A stretch of DNA of 43,805 bases from an uncultured Candidatus Saccharibacteria bacterium (GCA_964465135.1 CAYXHY010000001.1:1-43805); one strand, 5' to 3'; positions 9,744 through 19,630 are shown, numbered from the stretch's first letter. Made by a program: numbers and translations. Notes: a model not told the origin generated them from the letters alone.

Positions 9744-10580
9744 ATGAAGATAGAAGATTGGCTAAAAAACCAGCAGATGAAACTTTCTAGAAACGACATA
9801 ATCACCTCTCGTTTAGACGTAGAGCTGATTTTAGCGCACGCCCTAAATGTAAACCGAACTTTTTTACACGCTCATCCAGATAAAATACTAAAAAAACAAA
9901 CTGTTTTTCATGCAAACAACTTCATAAATAGACGTCTTCGCAGAATTCCTCTGGCGTATATATTGGGTCAGAAGGAGTTTTATGGGCGAAATTTTGTAGT
10001 TAATCCACACACACTTGTTCCTCGTCCCGAAAGCGAAGCTAATATTGATTTGTTCAAAAAAATTATACAAGACCAAGACGTACTACTTGATGTTGGCACC
10101 GGCAGCGGCATCTTGGCGATAACTTGCGCACTAGAAGCTACGAAAAACCACCGCAACACACGGATATTCGCTAGTGATATATCTACTAAAGCGCTTGAAG
10201 TAGCTCAGTTAAATGCCGTGAACAAAAAAGTAGATATTAGTTTTTTGAACAGTAATCTTTTAAGCGAAATACCGCAGGAAATATTAAATCAAATTACTGT
10301 TATTACCGCCAATCTACCCTACGTAGACAAAGATTGGATCGACCAAAAACAACCGAATGAGCTCCATCATGAGCCGCACGATGCGCTATATGCTCAGCAA
10401 AACGGACTTGAACTCATTTATAAGCTCATCACGCAAATAAAAGAGATGTCGCATCTAAAATATCTCATACTTGAGGCCGATCCAGAGCAGCATCAAGCCA
10501 TCATTGATTTTGGAGGAAACCATAATCTAAGCCTAGTTAAAATAGACAACTATTGCATACTACTAAAAATAACTCCGTAA
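9744..10580 (+). CDS. prmC: Release factor glutamine methyltransferase (HemK/PrmC)
   Basis: PLAYILGQKEFYG, LVPRPESE, DVGTGSG, NLPY; start GTG 9741 or ATG 9744. Confidence 0.93.
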   Translation: MKIEDWLKNQQMKLSRNDIITSRLDVELILAHALNVNRTFLHAHPDKILKKQTVFHANNFINRRLRRIPLAYILGQKEFYGRNFVVNPHTLVPRPESEANIDLFKKIIQDQDVLLDVGTGSGILAITCALEATKNHRNTRIFASDISTKALEVAQLNAVNKKVDISFLNSNLLSEIPQEILNQITVITANLPYVDKDWIDQKQPNELHHEPHDALYAQQNGLELIYKLITQIKEMSHLKYLILEADPEQHQAIIDFGGNHNLSLVKIDNYCILLKITP

Positions 10581-10608
10581 GTTGGAGCTATTTTTATAAG
10601 ATACGAAT

Positions 10609-11772
10609 TTATCGATCAGAGTACGAACCTAATTCAACTGTAAATTCGCGTTCTTGACCATTGCGCAAAACGGTAACTTTGATTTTATCGCCAGCTTTAT
10701 ATTCTGCCGTCAGTGAACCCACACTACCCTTTTCGCCAATTTCTATACCATTAATTTTAGTAATAATATCCCCGTTACGAATTCCAGCTTTAGCTGCTGG
10801 ACCGCCAGAGACAACCGCTTGGCCGTTTTCGGTATAAATATAGGCACCATTTTTTACCTCTAGATTATACTTTTTCGCAACTTCAGGCGTAACCTGTATA
10901 TAATTAACACCGATAAATGCTCGGCTTGCTTCACCAGTTTCTAGAATCTGGCTCAACATACCCTTAGTGGCGCCAATCGGAATAGCGAAACCGATACCCT
11001 GGGCGTTCGAAGCGACTGCAGTATTGATACCAATCACCTGACCTAATGCATTCACAAGTGGACCACCTGAATTACCGGAATTGATTGACGCGTCAGTCTG
11101 AATCATGTCTGTCAATTGCTCGGTGCGTGACCCCGTACCGCTACTAGCCGTTACTGACCTATTAGTACCCGATATAATACCGCTAGTCACAGAGTTTTGA
11201 TATTGCCCTAATGCATTACCGATCGCAATTACTTGTTGTCCGATTTTTAAGGTCTTACTATCACCCAAATCGGCTGGTGATAGACTATCAACTCCGTCTA
11301 TCTTCAAAAAAGCAATATCATTCAGAGGGTCTTGTGCTACAATTTTAACGTTTTCATAGGTATCACCGGTCGCCAAAACCACGCTAATTTCTTTTGAACC
11401 TTCAACCACGTGCTTATTGGTTAATATATAACCATCTTTACTGACGATTACTCCGGTTCCAGCTCCAGCAGTTTCATTACTAGAGAAGAAAAATCCTCCA
11501 TAAACTTCAGACGTAGTTAAAACCGAAACCACGCTTGATGACAACTTTTTAGAGATCTCCTCTATCGATCCGGCCTCTCCGGTAAACTCTTCTGAATTAC
11601 CGTCACGTCCAGAGCTGCCGACGTTGGCTATATCATGATCGGCCCCTAAACTCCTGATTACTACCGAGGTCGTAATCGTTGCGACTAGGACTATAAAGAT
11701 AGTTACCACAATAAATTTTATATTTCGGCTAGTTTTTTGCTCTATGTTTTTAGGTATTTTCTCTCTATTCAT
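10609..11772 (-). CDS. htrA: HtrA/DegP-family serine protease, membrane anchored, one PDZ domain
   Basis: N-terminal TM helix, LTNKHVV, IQTDASINSGNSGGPL, C-terminal PDZ. Confidence 0.92.
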   Translation of the reverse strand: MNREKIPKNIEQKTSRNIKFIVVTIFIVLVATITTSVVIRSLGADHDIANVGSSGRDGNSEEFTGEAGSIEEISKKLSSSVVSVLTTSEVYGGFFFSSNETAGAGTGVIVSKDGYILTNKHVVEGSKEISVVLATGDTYENVKIVAQDPLNDIAFLKIDGVDSLSPADLGDSKTLKIGQQVIAIGNALGQYQNSVTSGIISGTNRSVTASSGTGSRTEQLTDMIQTDASINSGNSGGPLVNALGQVIGINTAVASNAQGIGFAIPIGATKGMLSQILETGEASRAFIGVNYIQVTPEVAKKYNLEVKNGAYIYTENGQAVVSGGPAAKAGIRNGDIITKINGIEIGEKGSVGSLTAEYKAGDKIKVTVLRNGQEREFTVELGSYSDR

Positions 11773-11812
11773 AATCAATACTATACTACCTTTTCCTTAA
11801 ATTAAGCTTAAT

Positions 11813-12592
11813 TTAGATTTGAGGAGCTGAAGAGAAAAATCCCATCAGCATGACAAAGACCGCCAGTGTAAATAATAGCGGCAAAATAATTTCCTGGAAG
11901 CTGATTTTACCGTCATCTTCTTTAGCTCGATACATAGAGAATATCAAGAAACTAAAGACCGCGGCAATAATTGAAACTTGTGGCACAACCAAAGCGTTCA
12001 ATCCAAATAAAGGATATCCGACTGTCCAATGGCTAAAAATCCAACCAATTTCAGCTAAAATAAGACCCCACATTAGGCTTAGAATCTCTAAACTGCTGTT
12101 CTTTTTTACGGCCAAGACATGCCTAAACGCAGAATATCCAATCAGCCAAGAAAGGAACACGACAACCGAAATCGACCAACTATATCCAATTACAAATAAT
12201 GCAAAGAACCCAATAAATACTGAAAAAATTGCCTGAATATCGATAAAAATCTGTTTACTCTGCGGCTTAACAGCGACTAACCAAATGATATATATAATTG
12301 CAAGAACTGCAGCTGAGATCGAGATGCTAGCTGCCCCAGACGACCACATTAAGCTAGTCAAGCTCAAGCAGACAATTAGATCAACTAAATTTGATTTGAT
12401 ATTTGCCATCCAAAACCTAGGCCGTACAGCGAAAACTCGCCATTTACCCATGAAAACAAGCCCGATCGCCACAAATGGCGAACCAATTACCCAGATTGAT
12501 AGCCATATTATCGCTACCAACGCTATATTTAATAACACATGCATACTGCTTGCCAAAAATGATTGGCGTCGCGCAATTTTAATAAACTCCAT
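11813..12592 (-). CDS. Polytopic membrane protein of unknown function
   Basis: 259 aa with about 8-9 hydrophobic segments; TATAAT 6 nt upstream of ATG. Confidence 0.8.
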   Translation of the reverse strand: MEFIKIARRQSFLASSMHVLLNIALVAIIWLSIWVIGSPFVAIGLVFMGKWRVFAVRPRFWMANIKSNLVDLIVCLSLTSLMWSSGAASISISAAVLAIIYIIWLVAVKPQSKQIFIDIQAIFSVFIGFFALFVIGYSWSISVVVFLSWLIGYSAFRHVLAVKKNSSLEILSLMWGLILAEIGWIFSHWTVGYPLFGLNALVVPQVSIIAAVFSFLIFSMYRAKEDDGKISFQEIILPLLFTLAVFVMLMGFFSSAPQI

Positions 12593-12684
12593 AGACTAAT
12601 TATATCATAAATGTACATTTTCAAACAAATTATGGTTATTGATTGATGTTTGAAAAACCAATCTTTTTATGCTAAAATTTAGTA

Positions 12685-13284
12685 ATGAAAAGTAGTTTCT
12701 GGCAACGCCACCCACAGCTCGTAGACATTATCAGTGTTATTATTTTTGTAATATCTATTATTATCGGCACTGTTCTTATAAATACTTTTGTTTTTCAGAG
12801 CTATACTGTGATAGGTCAAAGCATGGAAGATACTTTGCATGACAGCGAACGAATTATAGTAAATCGCCTACCAATTACTTGGGCTAAGTTACAAAATAGT
12901 GATTACACCCCCAAACGCGGCGATATTATTGTCTTCGAAAATCCAAATTACACCGCCGGCATGAAAGATCAATATATCGTTAAGCGAGTAATTGCTTTTA
13001 GTGGCGAGAGAGTTGAGGTAAGTAATGGAATTTTAACTGTCTATAATAAAGATAATCCAAACGGCTTCAATCCAGACGAAGATTTTAACGGCGAGCCTAA
13101 AAAATATACCTCTCATGATGGCAGATGGTCGGTTCCAGATAAAGAGATTTTTGTCGCTGGCGATAATCGTGAAGGTAATAACTCGCTAGATTCACGCAGT
13201 GGTTTGGGCACAGTTCCACTTTATGATATCGTTGGCCCGGTCAAAATCAGGCTTTTCCCTTTTGATAAATTTCGATTATTCTAA
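12685..13284 (+). CDS. lepB: Signal peptidase I
   Basis: TM helix, GQSMEDTL (Ser), YIVKRVIA (Lys), GDNR..NSLDSR. Confidence 0.95.
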   Translation: MKSSFWQRHPQLVDIISVIIFVISIIIGTVLINTFVFQSYTVIGQSMEDTLHDSERIIVNRLPITWAKLQNSDYTPKRGDIIVFENPNYTAGMKDQYIVKRVIAFSGERVEVSNGILTVYNKDNPNGFNPDEDFNGEPKKYTSHDGRWSVPDKEIFVAGDNREGNNSLDSRSGLGTVPLYDIVGPVKIRLFPFDKFRLF

Positions 13285-13313
13285 ATCTATAACTTAAAAA
13301 AAATATCGTCAGA

Positions 13314-14222
13314 CTATTTCTGGTCTGACAATATTTTTTCTAATCGTTTTAGATCATCTTCATTTTTAAATTTGATCCTGATTTCACCTGTCCCACGAGC
13401 CGATATTCTGATATTAACATCACTTTTTAGTCCACTAGAGATGCGTTTGATAGTTTTATCAAGTGGTGTATTTTCTGGCTTAAGTTTAGCAGCCTCACCC
13501 CCCTGTTCTTGACGTTTCTTTAGTTGAACCATAAATTGTTCAATCTTGCGCGCACTCCAATTTTCAGCTAGAATCTTTGGCAAAATCTCTTTAATTGTTT
13601 CTTCATCAGCTTTTAAGAGCGGCCGCGCCTGACCTTCCTTTAGGTCGCCATTACTAACATGTTGTTTTACAAAATCCGGTAGATTCAATAGACGCATAGT
13701 ATTAAGTACAGCACTAGCACTACGACCACCAACCCTTTCCCCGATCTGTTCAGCTGTCATATTAAACTGCTCTCGCAATTTCAAATAGGCAGTGGCGGTT
13801 TCCAATATATTGAGGTCTGAACGTTGCAGATTCTCTATCAAGCTCAATTCTAGCCGATTTTGACCAGACAAATCACGAACAATCGCCGGAATTTTGTCCA
13901 GTCCTGCTATCCCAGAAGCCCGAAATCGCCTCTCACCAGCTACAATTACGTATTTTTTATCGAGCTTCTTGTCTTTGTTCTTTACGACTACAATTGGCTG
14001 CAAAACACCGTGAATTTTAATTGAGTTAGCTAAATCTTGCAGAGCCTCTTCATCAAAATATCGCCGTGGCTGCTCTGGGTCGGCCATCACATCACTAAGT
14101 GACAGCTCTTGTAATTTGCTGATTTTTTCATCAACCCCAAGTGTCGGATCGAACTCATCATCAATCAACATTTCCGTAGGAATTAAAGACGAAAACCCTC
14201 TACCTAAACCCTTTTTTGCCAT
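13314..14222 (-). CDS. parB: ParB/Spo0J chromosome partition protein
   Basis: GLGRG N-terminus, QPRRYF, GVLQPIVV, IVAGERRFRA, IENLQRSDL. Confidence 0.95.
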   Translation of the reverse strand: MAKKGLGRGFSSLIPTEMLIDDEFDPTLGVDEKISKLQELSLSDVMADPEQPRRYFDEEALQDLANSIKIHGVLQPIVVVKNKDKKLDKKYVIVAGERRFRASGIAGLDKIPAIVRDLSGQNRLELSLIENLQRSDLNILETATAYLKLREQFNMTAEQIGERVGGRSASAVLNTMRLLNLPDFVKQHVSNGDLKEGQARPLLKADEETIKEILPKILAENWSARKIEQFMVQLKKRQEQGGEAAKLKPENTPLDKTIKRISSGLKSDVNIRISARGTGEIRIKFKNEDDLKRLEKILSDQK

Positions 14223-14992
14223 TATTTATCTCCTTCTATGCGTGCTACGATTTCTTTTGCAACAGCTCTGTAAGCCCTTGAGCCCTTACTGAAACGATCA
14301 TAAACTCCTACCGGCACACCATGACTCGGCGCCTCAGCCAATCGAATATTGCGCGGGATTGGCGTTTCAAAAACTTTTCCAGGGAAGAATTTTTTAACTT
14401 CCTCATAAACCTGCCCACTCAAAGTAGTGCGCGAATCAACCATTGTCGGCAAAACACCTAGCAAGTCTAGGCTTGGATTCATACCTTTTTTAACAAGCTT
14501 CATACTCTCAAGCAGCTGGCCAAGACCTTCCATAGCATAAAATTCAGCCTGCACCGGCAAAATCAGAAAGTCACTCGCAATAAATCCATTAACTGTAAGA
14601 AGACTCAAACTTGGCGGAGAGTCCAAAATTACATAGTCATATTCTTCGCGGACGGCTTCTAAGGCTGATTTTAAGCGCGTAAATCGCCCCTGAACATTAG
14701 CAAGCTCCACTTCGGTATTTGCCAAAACTGGCGTAGCTGGAGCCAATTTAAGATCACTATACTCAGTTTCAAGAATTACATCTTTTAGCTCAGCCTCACC
14801 CGCTATTACATCTGCCATTGTGAGCTTTAATTCGTTCTTATCTACACCCAGGCCGCTAGTAGCATTACCCTGAGGGTCAAAGTCCAAGAGCAAAACCCTC
14901 TTTTTCATTTTTGAAAGAAAATAAGCGATATTGATCGCGCTAGTTGTTTTACCAACACCCCCTTTTTGGTTGGTTATAGAAATCACCTTCAT
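14222..14992 (-). CDS. parA: ParA/Soj ATPase
   Basis: NQKGGVGKTT, DFDPQGNAT, RNIRLAEAPSHG; ATG 14992 lies 6 nt after TGGTATAAT. Confidence 0.96.
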   Translation of the reverse strand: MKVISITNQKGGVGKTTSAINIAYFLSKMKKRVLLLDFDPQGNATSGLGVDKNELKLTMADVIAGEAELKDVILETEYSDLKLAPATPVLANTEVELANVQGRFTRLKSALEAVREEYDYVILDSPPSLSLLTVNGFIASDFLILPVQAEFYAMEGLGQLLESMKLVKKGMNPSLDLLGVLPTMVDSRTTLSGQVYEEVKKFFPGKVFETPIPRNIRLAEAPSHGVPVGVYDRFSKGSRAYRAVAKEIVARIEGDK

Positions 14993-15041
14993 AGCCCAAT
15001 TATACCACAAAGTGCTTTTGGTTGCCAATAAAATATGCTTG

Positions 15042-15070
15042 TTGACTTATCCACATCTCTATGATATAAT
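15042..15070 (+). promoter_or_regulatory. rplU promoter containing a perfect DnaA-box 9-mer
   Basis: TTGACT, 17 bp ending TGA, TATAAT; TTATCCACA at 15047-15055. Confidence 0.7.
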
Positions 15071-15104
15071 GTTCTAGATATAAATTAACAAATCAAAGGA
15101 TTTT

Positions 15105-15413
15105 ATGAAGAAAGCAGTCGTAAAAGTTGGCGGTAAGCAATTTATCGTTAGCGAAAAAGAGACCCTTCTGGTGGACCTCCTCCCGCAAGGAACTAAAGAG
15201 CTCAAACTCGACGCTTTGATGCTAATCGATGGCGACAAAGTGGAAGTTGGAACTCCTATAGTAAAAGGCGTGAAGGTTTCCGCAAAAGTTGTTGACGAAC
15301 TTGTAAAGGGCGAAAAACTACGCGTAATCCGCTACAAAGCGAAAAAACGCGTCCACACCGAAATCGGACATCGTCAAAAATATACTAAAATTGAAATTAC
15401 ATCAATTAAATAA
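15105..15413 (+). CDS. rplU: 50S ribosomal protein L21
   Basis: AVVKVGGKQF, GHRQKYTKIEITSI. Confidence 0.96.
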   Translation: MKKAVVKVGGKQFIVSEKETLLVDLLPQGTKELKLDALMLIDGDKVEVGTPIVKGVKVSAKVVDELVKGEKLRVIRYKAKKRVHTEIGHRQKYTKIEITSIK

Positions 15414-15443
15414 ACTACTTAAAACTCGAAGGCGGCCAGCCTT

Positions 15444-15575
15444 AAACCCCTCAACTTACTCAACTGAGGGGTTTTAATTTTGTTGTTCTTATTTTTTATA
15501 CATACCCGCCCTACCGCTACATTGTCTAATGTTTTTACTCATAAATAAAACCCCTCGCTACAAGGGGTTTTATTA
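15444..15575. terminator. Two intrinsic terminators for convergent rplU and the LPXTG protein gene
   Basis: AAACCCCTCA...TGAGGGGTTT and AATAAAACCCCT...AGGGGTTTTATT. Confidence 0.7.
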
Positions 15576-15587
15576 TTTCAGTATTTA

Positions 15588-16988
15588 TTACTCTTCTTTA
15601 TCTTCAGTTTTAACTTCTGAGTTATCTTTTTCTGACTTCTTACCTACACCTTCGGTTGCTTTTTTAAGCTCCTCGTGGCTTCGGTACCAGTATGCTACAC
15701 CTCCGACTATTGCAGTCATTGCAATGATCATAAGAGCAGCTTCCATTGGTCCAGTTTTTGGCAGCTCAGTTGGCAATACTGGCTCGTCTTCTATACAATC
15801 TGGATCATTTGGTTTTAGATGTTCTTTTCCAGGAACTTCACACCATTCCTCACACTCTTTTGAACCTTCTGGAATACCAGGTTTGCATTCGGTCGGTTTA
15901 CAGTCAACATCAACTTCAACTACGGCGTTATCTTCTTTTCCGCCGTTCTGGGTCTCGACTTTAGCAATATTATTTAGTCTATTCACACCACACTCTAGCT
16001 TATCAGCGCTATCAATTTTCAGTTTATAAGTAACTGTAGCGGTAGAGTTTGGTCCATAATTCCCAATATTTATTCCGTTAGTGAACATATTGTCGGCAAT
16101 ACTTTTTCCGTTAGGATTTGAAGTATTGACCAATTTTCCACTACCTTTTATTAGGCTTACACCTTTTGGTAATGCATCTTTCATTACAACGTTTGACTGG
16201 TTTACAGTTCCGGTGTTTTTATAAGTAACTTTGTATTCGATTTCTGCACCAGGCTTTGCTTTGGCGTTATCTACGAATCCATTACCTACAGAAACTTTCT
16301 TACTCATTTCAAAATTTGGATAGTCAGCTACTAAATCGTAAGTTACATATCCAGCAAAGTCTGCACATCCGGGTAACACACCATTTAGATCACTCCAGCC
16401 TAGATATGTTCCACTCTCGTTGAACAAGCTTGATGGCATTACTCGTCCGCTCACTGCACCACCACTGTGTATTTTTGCGCTCGCTGGAACGTATCGCATT
16501 GCTACGGCTGTAGTTGTAGTTATATACGCCTCGTCCCAAACCTCTTTTGGAGTCGCATTTGATGATGAAATGATGGCGCTAATTTTACCTCTTTCGCCGG
16601 GTTTAACTTGCGAAGGGACTTGGACGGACATTTTAGTATCTCGAGCCATTCCCTTGTAATCATTCTCTTTGGTGTTCAGTCTAGATTTAGCATTATTATG
16701 GAAGTAATTATATACTTCATATGTATGACCAGGTACAATCTGCAATTCATTTACAAATTTACCGCCAGCTGTTTTATCTCGGATAAGGACGAAGTTTCGT
16801 TCATCACCATGCTCTGGATTGTCTGTGATTGCATTAAATACTACGTGGTCTGCTGGCTCAGCGCTAGTATAAGTAGGCCGATTGGCTGGGCCACCCGCAT
16901 AAGCAGCCCCACCGATCATTGCCATACCAGTTACAAGTAATGACGCTACCGGTATGAACAATTTATTTTTGATATTAAAGTTTTTCAT
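15588..16988 (-). CDS. Surface protein with DUF11/isopeptide-type Ig-like domain and LPXTG sorting signal
   Basis: Signal peptide; KPGAEIEYKVTYKNTG...VVMKDALPKG; LPKTG followed by TM helix and charged tail. Confidence 0.85.
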   Translation of the reverse strand: MKNFNIKNKLFIPVASLLVTGMAMIGGAAYAGGPANRPTYTSAEPADHVVFNAITDNPEHGDERNFVLIRDKTAGGKFVNELQIVPGHTYEVYNYFHNNAKSRLNTKENDYKGMARDTKMSVQVPSQVKPGERGKISAIISSSNATPKEVWDEAYITTTTAVAMRYVPASAKIHSGGAVSGRVMPSSLFNESGTYLGWSDLNGVLPGCADFAGYVTYDLVADYPNFEMSKKVSVGNGFVDNAKAKPGAEIEYKVTYKNTGTVNQSNVVMKDALPKGVSLIKGSGKLVNTSNPNGKSIADNMFTNGINIGNYGPNSTATVTYKLKIDSADKLECGVNRLNNIAKVETQNGGKEDNAVVEVDVDCKPTECKPGIPEGSKECEEWCEVPGKEHLKPNDPDCIEDEPVLPTELPKTGPMEAALMIIAMTAIVGGVAYWYRSHEELKKATEGVGKKSEKDNSEVKTEDKEE

Positions 16989-17031
16989 TTTACCTTTCCT
17001 ATTTTGTTTTTATTCTGCCTTGGACTGCTAC

Positions 17032-18990
17032 CTATTTAGGTCGACCATCTTCGCCCAGCATATCCGCTATATCTTCTATCGCTCGATCTTGGTCCACGTT
17101 GGTTTTTTCACTATTGTCGGCTTGCTCTTGCTCCTCGACTTGGTCTTGATAACCGTCAACCCAATTGTTCGTTCCACCGCCTACATCTGTCGCTTCCTCA
17201 TCATAATTCACCTCTACCTCATATACTGGGTTGTCTTCGGTGCCGGTAACACCGAGATCTGTTTCAGCTCCAGGCGCAGGACTCTCCGAATTAATGTTTG
17301 GCGAATCCGTTCCGTTACCAGATTCGAATGGATGATCTGTGTCATCAGTTTCCGGATTGTATGTTACTTCATCAGGGTGAATGTTGGGATTCTTATCAAC
17401 TCCGCCATCATATTTTTTACTATCGTCAGTTTCCTTAGGTGGAGTTTCAGGTCCTTCGGGCGTCTCAGGGATTTCAGGCTCTTCTGGGATTTCCGGCTCC
17501 TTTGGCTCATCAGGTGTTTCTGGAGTTTCTGGCGTTTCTGGAGTTTCTGGAGTTTCTGGAGTTTCTGGCTCTTGTGTTGGCTCAGGTTCTTTCTCCTTTG
17601 GAGTCTCCTTTTCTGGAGTTTCATTTTCCTTTGGAGCCTGCGGTGTTTTAGGGCCGTCAGGATTGCTTGGAGTTACGACTGGATAATACGACTCACTCCA
17701 GTCAATGATAGTCTCTGGCTCACCATGAGTAACGGTTAGCTGAAATTTACAAGCATCGCGCCCAGATGTCACTGCTTCAAGCTTAGCGTTGCGATAGATG
17801 ATATCATTATCGGTAGTGGTATCATATCCAGCACTAGTACTGATTGTAAAGTTACCATTCTCATCCATAACAGCAAATGTACTTGTATAACTTCCAGTAA
17901 GTGGTACAACTTCGGCAGTAAGGCCTTCCATCATTTCCGCCATTAAGTCGTAGTTTTTACCATAAAGCACCGGGTCTGCGTTGATCGCATTCACCATTTC
18001 GGTAGCTTTCTCTAACGAGTCAACTTTCACTAGGTCGCCCGAGGTATCATACATTTTTAGATCTTGACCATGTTCAATATTACCGTTCAAGAAGAATGAG
18101 GTTAGAGATAGTCCATTTTCATAAAATGCCCTCATGGTATTTTCTTTAGTTTCTTCAGGTGTATTACCAATCTCGATAGGTGAACCAAAACTATATTTAT
18201 TTTCTTTCTCGCCATTAAAGTTTTCTGCTGTTTTGGCATAAATTGGATTACCTTTTTCGTGATTATCGAAGCTGTATTCTTTTTCTGATTCGCTAGTAAA
18301 CCTACCCTCATTATCGATTACAAATCTTGCTTCTTTAGATAATTCTTTACCATCTAGGTCTGTAGGTTTAGCTTGAGTATCACCACTGAAAGTCGAACCC
18401 GCACCAACTTGTTCGGTTCGATCTTGCTCAGGTTCTGATTCGTTGTTTTGATTAAGCGCATACATACCGCCAGCAAATCCGACTAGGGCTATCGCACTAA
18501 TAGCAGCCTTACCAAATTTGCTCTTCTTTAATCGGTTAAACCAGCTTTTCTTTTCTTTAGATTCCGCTGCAGTCGGTTCTACCTCCGCCACATCTCCTCG
18601 CTCAAACTTCTCATCAATTTCCTTAAGATCTTCGTCAACCTTGGAATTCAACTCAACAGCCGCTTTAAAGTCCTCTTCGCTAAATTCTTGGACTTCAGGT
18701 GTTGCTTCTTGAGACTTAGACACTTCCTGAATAGTTTTTGCGACATCCTCGACAGCTTTAGTATTACCTACTGGTTCCACATCTTGCGGTAGATCCGCTG
18801 GTGCAGTTTCCTTTTCTAGAGTTGCGCGCTCAAAGTTACTCAATTTGTCGTAATCTTTACTCGCAAGAATATTTAGATATTCTTCTCGGGTTGTTGCGCC
18901 GTATTTGTCAGCTTGTCGAGCTTCACCACGTGATAGAAACATCGCTTCATCCGATCCGCCGAGATTGCTAAATTTTGGTCCTTTTTCCAT
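17032..18990 (-). CDS. Single-pass membrane protein with acidic N-terminal region and Pro/Glu/Thr-rich stalk
   Basis: 652 aa; TM (FGKAAISAIALVGFAGGMYAL) after a Lys-rich stretch; (PET)n repeats; own TTGACA/TAATAT promoter at 19067-19039. Confidence 0.85.
   Translation of the reverse strand: MEKGPKFSNLGGSDEAMFLSRGEARQADKYGATTREEYLNILASKDYDKLSNFERATLEKETAPADLPQDVEPVGNTKAVEDVAKTIQEVSKSQEATPEVQEFSEEDFKAAVELNSKVDEDLKEIDEKFERGDVAEVEPTAAESKEKKSWFNRLKKSKFGKAAISAIALVGFAGGMYALNQNNESEPEQDRTEQVGAGSTFSGDTQAKPTDLDGKELSKEARFVIDNEGRFTSESEKEYSFDNHEKGNPIYAKTAENFNGEKENKYSFGSPIEIGNTPEETKENTMRAFYENGLSLTSFFLNGNIEHGQDLKMYDTSGDLVKVDSLEKATEMVNAINADPVLYGKNYDLMAEMMEGLTAEVVPLTGSYTSTFAVMDENGNFTISTSAGYDTTTDNDIIYRNAKLEAVTSGRDACKFQLTVTHGEPETIIDWSESYYPVVTPSNPDGPKTPQAPKENETPEKETPKEKEPEPTQEPETPETPETPETPETPETPDEPKEPEIPEEPEIPETPEGPETPPKETDDSKKYDGGVDKNPNIHPDEVTYNPETDDTDHPFESGNGTDSPNINSESPAPGAETDLGVTGTEDNPVYEVEVNYDEEATDVGGGTNNWVDGYQDQVEEQEQADNSEKTNVDQDRAIEDIADMLGEDGRPK
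17516..17569. repeat. 9-bp coding tandem repeat (GTTTCTGGA/C) x6, encoding PET repeats
   Basis: Directly visible; flanked by degenerate copies. Confidence 0.9.
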
Positions 18991-19070
18991 TTTTGATCCT
19001 TATTTTTTGATTTTTGTTTTATTTTATCTATAGTTTATATATTAGCATAAATGGTTTGATTTGTCAATAG

Positions 19071-19535
19071 CTAGAAGGCTTTGAAGCCAAACACATGGCC
19101 TAGCGCCCTACCAACTTGAGATGAAGTCTGAGCCACAGTCTTAGATCTTCTGGTGGCTTTGCGCATTGCATTAGATTCCTCTAGATCTTGAGCAGATACC
19201 GCTAAATCTGGCCTAAAAGTAAAGCCGTCTCTATCGGCGTATGATGTAAATGAGGCGCCATAATCTTCTAGATATACATCCTCGCGGTGACTTTCTGCCT
19301 GCGCCTCAAAATATTCTAGCGATGACGACTCGCGGTCAACCTCTTCAAAGCGGCTAAAAATATCGAGAACTTCTCGCCTGCTTTCGACTTCTTTTTGTTC
19401 GTGGGCTTGTTCTATCTCAGCCTTCTGCTCATTTGAAAGGTTTTCTGATTGAGCCTCCAGCGCACCCAAATCAAACGATTCAAGCTGTTCAAAACTCTGT
19501 TCGTTTTTTACGTTTTCTTGATTAAATTTTTCCAT
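19071..19535 (-). CDS. Hypothetical acidic protein (154 aa) with basic C-terminus
   Basis: ORF with consensus promoter (TTGACA 19612-19607, 17 bp, TATAAT 19589-19584) and A-rich leader. Confidence 0.8.
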   Translation of the reverse strand: MEKFNQENVKNEQSFEQLESFDLGALEAQSENLSNEQKAEIEQAHEQKEVESRREVLDIFSRFEEVDRESSSLEYFEAQAESHREDVYLEDYGASFTSYADRDGFTFRPDLAVSAQDLEESNAMRKATRRSKTVAQTSSQVGRALGHVFGFKAF

Positions 19536-19630
19536 TTTTGCCTTTTGTGTTTGTTTTTTATTTTAAAAATAACTTATACTTTCATTATAGCATAAGTTAT
19601 TTAAAATGTCAAGGGTCTGTAGATACAATA

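Noticed and set aside
14993-15104. Replication origin next to parAB
   Set aside because: Only one DnaA box in a 112-bp gap and no dnaA/dnaN nearby.
16954-17739. 261-aa + strand ORF with FWS repeats and other overlapping ORFs
   Set aside because: Antisense shadows of the PET repeat region of the 652-aa gene.
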